This document shows positions 29,001-38,000 of a stretch of DNA of 64,000 nucleotides, piece after piece. Position numbers and translations under genes: made by a program. The stretch covers positions 5,463-69,462 of the forward strand of contig JBDRET010000030.1 in the NCBI GenBank assembly GCA_043819495.1, given 5' to 3'. This DNA comes from Candidatus Woesearchaeota archaeon. GTDB taxonomy: Archaea > Nanobdellota > Nanobdellia > Woesearchaeales > UBA11576. The notes below the pieces were generated by a model. That model had not been told where the DNA came from. It saw only the letters and a list, made by a program, of their open reading frames with translations, and did no database searches. Position 1 is the stretch's first letter. Every line of letters begins with the position of its first letter.

Positions 29001-32000
29001 ATGATAGACTCTGATGTCGATGGAGATCCTGACTGGAGGGATTGTGCACCGTTTGATTCGAGCATTCTATCTCCTTATGATGATTTGAATATAACTCAAG
29101 ATACGACATTGTGTTCTGGAACATATTATGTCAACGACACTTCAGGAGATGGGCTGATAGTTTTTGCGAATGACGATTTGTCTTTGACTTGTAATGGTAC
29201 AGTCATGGTCGGATACGGAAACACTGCGATAAAGATTGCAGATCATGACGGGATAACTGTTTCAGATTGTACCATGGATTATTATGGGTCTTCTCTGGGC
29301 AAGGCAGCATTATATGTCCTGAACAGCAATGATGCAGTCATAGAGAATGTATCTTTCTCACATTCGAGAGGGTATAGTATGGCCTTTAATCACGTTTCTA
29401 ACTATGATAATAACATCAGTGTTGATGGTATGACCGTAATCAATGGGACGACTGCTGCACTTGCAGTATTTGAAGTAAGCAATTCATCATTCAAGAACAT
29501 GTATCTTAATGTTGACCGTGGAAGTGGTAGTGATGCGATTTATGATGACGTCACATATAATGTGAGCTTCGAGAACATCACTATTGATGGTAATATCGCG
29601 ACAGGATTATTTATCTTCTCCGAATCAAATCTGAGTACATATGATGACATAGATGTTGACATGAGTCAGGCAAGCCCTAGTAATGCTGGAACGTACATAG
29701 AAGGAAAAAACACAACAATAAGAAATTCAGTATTCAGGAACACTGCAGGTGGTTGGGGAATCTATTTTTCTGGCGGTGGCAGTTATGGTTTGATAGAGAA
29801 CGTAAATCTATTAAATAATGAATGGGGTATGCAGATAGATTCTGGAGATTATCATACAATTCGGAACAGTACATTTTTCAATAACACCCAGGGTGTACTG
29901 ATAGATTCTGGCGAGATAGGAAACATATTCTACTACAATAATTTCAGCAATTCAACAACATATCATGCTAGAGCAGATGGTTCAGGCAACCACTTCAACA
30001 CGACCAACGGCAGTGCCTGCGGTAATGAGTGTGCAAGAGGGAACTACTGGGATGATATCCTCAGTCTTGATATTATAGATTTTAATCGTGATGGTTATGG
30101 GGAGGCAGGTGCACACTATCCTTATAACTCTACAAATGGGGGGAAAGTCACAGGATCCGTCAATGATTTTGGACCTTTGACCACTAAAACTTGTTATGAT
30201 ACAGATGGTGATGGCGCGTATAATTCCAGCAGTGCTGCAGGGTGTCCTGGTTATAGGGATTGTGATGATACTGATGAGTACCTTGTTCCTCCGTATGATG
30301 GTCTGAATTTCACAAGCTCAGGAAGTTATACGTTGTGCAGCGGCACATATTATCTGAATGATACGGGGAATGATGGTCTGATGAAGATCGATTCTGATGA
30401 TGTCGAGATAACCTGTAATGGTACTGTGATCAGGAATGACATCGGTGCTACCGAGATAGGGACAGCATTCAACAATGCTGGCGGGGATGACGCCATTGTC
30501 AGAGGGTGTACTGTTGTGGATTATGATTTCGGGTATTATGCAGAAGCATCATCTAATCATTCGACCATCTTCAACAACTCTTTCCTGAGCTGTCAGAATG
30601 CAGGGGTTGAATCAATTTATTCTGGAAATGATGGCTGGAATGTATCTGATAACAGGTTCATGTCAGAGGATGAGAGTCCGGTAAATCAGTATGGTGTGGT
30701 GGTTAACTATGGTGATGGATGGGCAATCCAAAGGAATGTGTTTGATAATATGTATAATTCGATATCATTCAGGTACGGGGATGATGTGTTGATTGAGAAT
30801 AATCTGTTGAATGAGAGCAGACTAGGCGCGATCGTCATTACCGGAACCACTGGTGATTTTGTGTATGGTGCGATTATTGCAAACAATACCTTCAATAAGT
30901 CTATTCTGAGCGGAGGGACTGCCGAACTGTATATTGGTTCGTATTCTGAGGCAGGTCTTATAGCTGATAATACATTCTATGTTCTAGGAGGGTTTAGTAC
31001 TGCAGTGATACGTCTCGACGGGACAAGTGGAGGTGAAGTGACTGATTGGGTAATAGAGAACAATGATCTGCTTGACATAAGGAATTATGGGATATATCTG
31101 CAGGATTATACTATCGGGACTATCGTACGTGGTAATAACATTACTGGTGCTGACATGTATGGTGTGTATCTTGGAGCTACAGTGATTGATGATAATTTAT
31201 TCTATAACAATTCATTCTATAATTCAGGGACTGATCATGCTTATGACGCAAGCGGCGCCAACCATTTCAATACTACAATAGGAGGAGTCGCAGTCGGCAA
31301 CTTCTGGGATGATATAAACAATAATATAGAGATATTTGACAATAATCTTGATGGGTACGGTGATTCAGGTCCTGAGTATCCTTATAATTCCACGAACGGC
31401 GGCAATGTATACAAGGTTAATGATTACGGTCCTATACTCATAGATTCAGACATTGACGGCGATCCTGACTGGAGGGATTGCAATGATGCAGATGCAGGCG
31501 TCCTTGCCCCTAGAGACGGATTGAACATAACTTCAGACAAGATGCTCTGCAGCGGTACGTATTACATCAATGATTCTGGAGTACAGGGTGTGATCATATT
31601 CGGCTCAGCAGGCAGGGAGCTTACCTGCGATGCTACTGTGATGATAGGTAATGGAAGCGGTTATGCTGTCGCGGACAGTTATTCGACGACATCAGTCGAT
31701 GGATGTGACTTCCGCAATTACGGTTCTGCGGTCTTAATATCTGGTTCTGCTTCAGGTGTGGTCATAGCAAACAATACATTGAGAGACTCAGCAAGAGGTG
31801 TTGAACTGTCAGGAAGCCCCACAGGCAATATTATTCAGAACAACACAATCACAGCGGATTCATATGGTGTATATCTTGGTTCAGGTGTGTCTGGCAATTA
31901 TGTATACTATAATACATTCTCAAGCATGTCGCTGGCAAATGCATACGCAGCATCATCAGGCAATCATTTCAACACAACCAACGGCAGTGATTGCGGTCCT

Positions 32001-35000
32001 CAATGTGCAAGAGGTAACTTCTGGGATGACGTACTTAATCTACAGATATCTGACCTTGATGAGGATGGATATGGAGATGCAGGCACTGAATATCCATATA
32101 ATGCCACGAATGGTGCCAATGTCTCAGGATTTGTGACTGATTGGGGTCCTGCGACGACAAAAGCAGGAGGATATTGGGATAGCATAATATACCCTGAAGG
32201 TGTCTTTGAGCCTTACAATGCAGGATTGGTCAGCAAGAATCATCAGTTCACTCTGAATTTCACATTTGTGGATCTATCGGCTGCTGCAGGCAATACTCTT
32301 GAATGCGCAATCAACATGATGAATGGTTCTGTAAAGACAATCAATAAGATTACTTCAGGAGGAGTCAATTTCGACGATTCATTGACTTACACATTGACTG
32401 CTGCTGACGCAAATGCGATACAGAAAAAGACAGTTGGTGCAAATAAGCCTATCATCCCCTGGGAAGTCATAAACTGCAGCTTGAAATCAAGCGGCAATGT
32501 GTTGTACTGGAACGATTCATCTTACGGCAGCCCTCTTGAGAAGAAGATATACGTACACAATAACACCTGGACAGGGTTTGTAGCAGGCGGCGATGTATCT
32601 GCAGCATATCTCTGCTGGCTCTTCAGCAAGAACATATGGTTCAACAACACCAAGGCATGTGACTTTGATGGTGATTATCAGTATGCAATCTATCTATCTA
32701 CTGGAAATGCCATTGAAGGTAACTGTCATGATGGAATAAACAATGACAATTTCGGACCTACGGATTGTGACACAGGGATATGCAGAGGCATATTCTATTC
32801 ATGCGGTAACCCATCGAAAGGAAAGTCTTATGATGATTTACACCCGAATATTCCTGCAGTACTACCTTATCTGAATCCGTTCAATCCGGAAGTGCCGCCT
32901 TTCATGCCGTTCATATGGCTTGCAGCGGCGATCATGTTTGCGCTCCTTGCAGTGTTCGTCTCTAGATTCGCAGAACTCTCAGACTTGCGGTACGTATCGA
33001 CAGTCGTTCCGATCATACTGTTCATATGTTTCATCATAAATGCAGTCACTATCTTGACAGTCTCAGTTGCAGTATCTGCACCAAGCATTGAGGCAGCATA
33101 TAATGGAGCTCCGCCAGGAAGCTGCGTTGGGAACATATGTAGCGGGACAGTGAGCACGATAGGCGGAAACCCGATAACATATTATTATACTTTGCATAAT
33201 CGTCCAGGAAGCAAGTTCAAGATAAGATGGAATGATGATAATGTAAATGATCCACTATTGCGGTCTCTGATATACACTGCCAAGAACTTATCAAATACTA
33301 TCTCGAGCAACGGAACATACGATGACAGCGGAGGCAGGCCAGGGATATCAAGAGGGTCTGTCATGCCGCCGTTCTTTGATACTCCTGAGCATCCTAATGG
33401 GCTCTTCAGGAATTACATTGTCCAGGATTCTGATGGTCATGCAGGTGTCGTTGACGGAGTGATGTGGGCGATATTTAATTCTAGTGTGGACACTACAGAT
33501 TCTGTCTACTTCCAGCTTGCTGTCTCACATTATGGTGCGGCTGATGATATCAACCCGCAGACAGAACTCTATTTCGATTTAAGTGCACCGACCAATGATG
33601 ATGAGAGCTATGTGAATAGCACTATTGGCCTTGCGAACCCATGCGCAGACAGGGTTGACAATGATCTTGATTTCAACATGGACTGTCTTGATGACCAGTG
33701 TAATGGTGAGATAGGTAATGTGGGCTTAGGTGCGATATGCCAATATTCTGGTGAGACTGTCTGCAATGATCGGTTCGATAATGATTTTGACAGGGACTCT
33801 GGTGTTTTATATGATACGGATGTCAATACAGGAATGGACTGTAGGGATTCAGGATGTGATGGTCTGCAAGGACACCCATCTGACGGGTCATTGGTCTGTA
33901 GGTATCTGGATGAGCACGCAGGATATCCATATAGCTGTCGTGATGGTTTCAATAATGATGCTGATTACGGCAATAATTCAGGGACTGCCAGCCTGGTCAA
34001 TGGTGTTGCAGCATATGATACTGCGAGCTACACTTATTTCGACTGCTATGATACCCAGTGTTGGGGTCAGGGAGGGACCAGCACGGACCTGATCAACAAC
34101 CCTTGTCCTGCATTCGAGAATAATGATGGTGCCTGGTGTCTTGATGGGTTAGATAATGATCTTGATGATGGGAATAATACGAGAGATCTCAGCAATTCTA
34201 CAGGAGTTGACTGTAGAGATTATGATTGTGGTTTCATGCCTTACGCAGGAGGTCCTTACCAGAATGATACGATGAACTTCACTTGTGCTATAAATGAGTA
34301 CAGCGGAACAGAGGAAGGGACTGCAAGTTATGATCCGAACGCATCTCTCTGCTTTGATAATCTTGATAATGATCTTGATAATCCTGATGGGTTCTACAAT
34401 AACCCTGGAGAGCTTATCGATTGCGGGGATCCTGATTGTACAGGGATAACCGATCCTGATGATGCTTCCAGGACCTGTTATGTGCAGGAGTTCAACATAA
34501 CACTCGGTATCCAGGCATGCAATGATGCTTTTGATAATGATGGTGATGATTGGATGGGCTGGCCTGGTGGGACGGACTGTAGAGATTCCAACTGCCATCA
34601 GCAGTTCGGTAATTGCGGCCCTTGCGCATCAGTTGAGAATATCACTTATGACTCTTGCGCAGATGGTATGGATAATGATATTGATACTCCTACAGGAGCA
34701 GATGTGGCTGATTGTAAAGATTATTCTGATTGTGTGGGTGAGATAGGCAATCTGACTGGTGGGCAAGTATGCTCTGCAGCAAGTGGTGAAACTGGAGCAT
34801 TATGTGGTGATGGTTTTGATAATGATGCTGACAATCTTGTAGATTGTAAGGATACGAACTGCTATGGTAGCATAGGACCTGATGGTCAGGTCTGTGCAGC
34901 ATCTGAGGCGGGAAGATGCAATGACAATCTTGATAATGATGCTGATGGACAGATAGATTGCTTCGATACGGACTGTTATGGTGATTCAGCATGTGCGTTA

Positions 35001-38000
35001 TCTATAATTAAAGCACCAGTTTACAATCAAGTTCCTGATTATGATAGTCTGCCTCCTGCAGGTTCATCTATAGGTGCCACATCGACAATAAAAGGATTCC
35101 ATCTCGAACACTTCTATATTGGAAATAATCATACAATGTCATTCATCGGGACTGATTCATATCAGACAGTATCGATCTTCATAGGGTCTGACACAGACTA
35201 TTATGCGTATGACTTCGATCAATGCACTATAATAGGTCCGAATACCACAACGTTCGGCAATCTATCATCTGGTGATTATGGAGTCATAGCTAAGAACACC
35301 ACTTATGATATAGGAAGATTCAATGTCACTATGACTTGCAATCCTGGAGCGATACCTCTTGCAGCTGACACATTCAATGTTCTGGTCTCGGCGAGGAAAT
35401 CGAGCGGCGCAGAAGATAAAGGTAATGAGGATTGGACAACACAGCTTCATGAGAATACAGAACCTGATGTAAGTTACATTGCTATAGAGCCTCTGAACGC
35501 AACGGGTTACGTGAATGTTGAACGAGGAAGACCTATAGGTTTCGTCGCTAACGCATCAGACCCTGGAGCAGGAGTTTATACTTCAGGAATATACAGATGT
35601 ATGTTCAATATAGGTGGTGCGGGCTACATATCTGACGATTGGGATAATAATTACCGGTGCAGGTATTCATATTCTACAACAAGTGACACGACCTCAAGCA
35701 TAACCGTCTCAGCATACGCGATAGATGGCTCTGATAATGATGACTCTTCAAGTCCATACACGTCACCATCTTTCAACATAAATGTCCAGCCGATACTTGA
35801 CAGAGAAATGGTCATAAACAAGACCAAGCCGTTCTTCAATTCAGGAGAGCAGGTAAGGATGAATGTCAGTTTCGTGACTGCTGACAATGGCAATTTCCCT
35901 GCGGCGACATGCTCAGTCACAGTACTCAACTCTGCAGGAGGAGTTGCAGCGGCAAGCACTATTGCAGCGACAAAACCTACTTCAAATACTGTAGAATGTG
36001 ATGGTGCAATCACTGTACCTACAGGAGATGATATGTACAGGGTATACGTGACAGTCACCGACGAAGATGGAGATTCTGTTTCATCAAATCAGAAAGTCTT
36101 ATACGTCTGCGACAGCTTATCAAGCTCTGGCTCTGGCTGGACCTGCGCAAAAGCAGACTTTGATCAGGATGGTGCTACAGAAGGCATATTCTCTGACCTT
36201 TACGTGATACCTGTCGCGTGTGATAACTGCCTCAATCTCTACAACCCTGAACAGGTCGACAGGGATGGTGATGGTTGGGGAGATATCTGCGAGCAGAGTC
36301 CTGAGGGAAGCATGATCATATATGGTCCTAATGGCACTACGTTTACAGGGACAAGGAATGTATTCATCAACCTGACATTCAGGGATACATTATATCTTGA
36401 CAATTGCAGATATGCTAATGATGATCCTGCTAACCTGAACGATTCTATGTGGGAGAACTGCACAATGGTCCATGCATGGATCCTGAGCGAAGGCGAAGGG
36501 AACAAGACAGTCTATGCTGAGATACGCAACCTGTTCGGCGGGACTATTGTGGTCAATGATTCCATAGTGTATCGTTTCATCCAGGACTATGTCCCTCCGA
36601 GCGCACCAGTGGTATATGATGGAGATACTGGCTATGATATCGACTGGTGGAATGATAACACCACCCTGAGTGCTTACTGGTGGAACGCGACAAGTGCGAT
36701 ATCTGCGCTTTATTACAAGTACAGGATATTTGAGGATGGTCTGTGCTATCTGGGAGATTGCGATTGGACTTATGTAGATAGAGATGTATCCGTAACTGTG
36801 GAAGGTCTCTCGCTCAGCGAAGGTGCAAACTATTCATTCGAGGTGATGTCTTACACAAGCTCAGGATTCAATGCATCCACGACATCCAATGGTACAATAA
36901 TAGATGTGACTGACCCATCAGAGGTCATCATCAACAGCACGACGCATCCAAATCAGAATTTCACTTATGGTAATGACACTGTATTCTTCAACTTCACTGC
37001 GACAGATCCTATGAGTAATGGTGTAGCATCAGGTATTGCAGGTTATTCATTCCTCTTGGACAGATATCCAGGGACTGCTCCTGATGATGTCATTGAACCA
37101 AGACCATGGGTGAATCTGAAAGCTGCAGTGAATGATGGCACAGCACAGCTATTGAGAGCAGATAATGAGACATCTTCCCCTAATACTTATGCAGTATTCA
37201 GTCAGATAAAGGAGAATTTTACAGAGAATGAATCGCTTCTGGTCAAGGTAGCTCTTGCAGAGATAGGGTCTGATTATGATGACCTGATGGGCATCAAGGT
37301 ATATCTCGTGAAGACAGGTAATGGTGCTGCCATAAGCACCTTTGACAGTGAGATTGGTGCAATAAGCAACATAATCAATGTGAGCAGGGACGTAACATAT
37401 TCAGATTTCATGCGCTCTGCAGTCAGATACGAATTTGAGCTTACAGTCAACGAGACGGTCTCTGACAGCTCGAGTGACGTATACATAGTGGTCGCAGGTG
37501 TCGCTTCTGACGATGACAACAGGAATAATCTCTCTATCGCAGCATCAGTATCACAGATAGATGATTCGACAAGGAATTTCATCTGTGTATCTGGAGGTTC
37601 CTGCAGTGAGAACACTACAGGTATCGATTACGCAATAGAGGTCAGCAGGCAGGATGCGGTGGATATCTGGGAGATGAGATATTTCAACATAGGTGAAGGG
37701 ACGTTCTATTTCCATGCTAAGGCAAAGGATGTCGCAGGAAATTGGGGTGACCCGGCACATTATAAGATAATCATAGATACCGAGGGAGTATATGTATCGA
37801 TAGTATCGCCATTCACAGGTCAGATATTCACTGTCGATGAGATAGAGGTCAAGGTTGAAGTGAGCGATCAGGCATATGTGAATGTGACTGCAATCTATCC
37901 TGACGGCAGCAATGATACTGTTGCTACTGTGTTAGTGAATGATACAAATACGTTCAATGTTACGCTGGAACCAGGCATGAATGAGATATACGCGACAGCA

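Noticed and set aside
24846-32150. Repeated motifs as a CRISPR array or non-coding tandem repeat
   Set aside because: The periodicity is at the protein level within one continuous ORF, the repeat units are 0.7-1.5 kb and diverged, and there is no short direct-repeat/spacer organisation.
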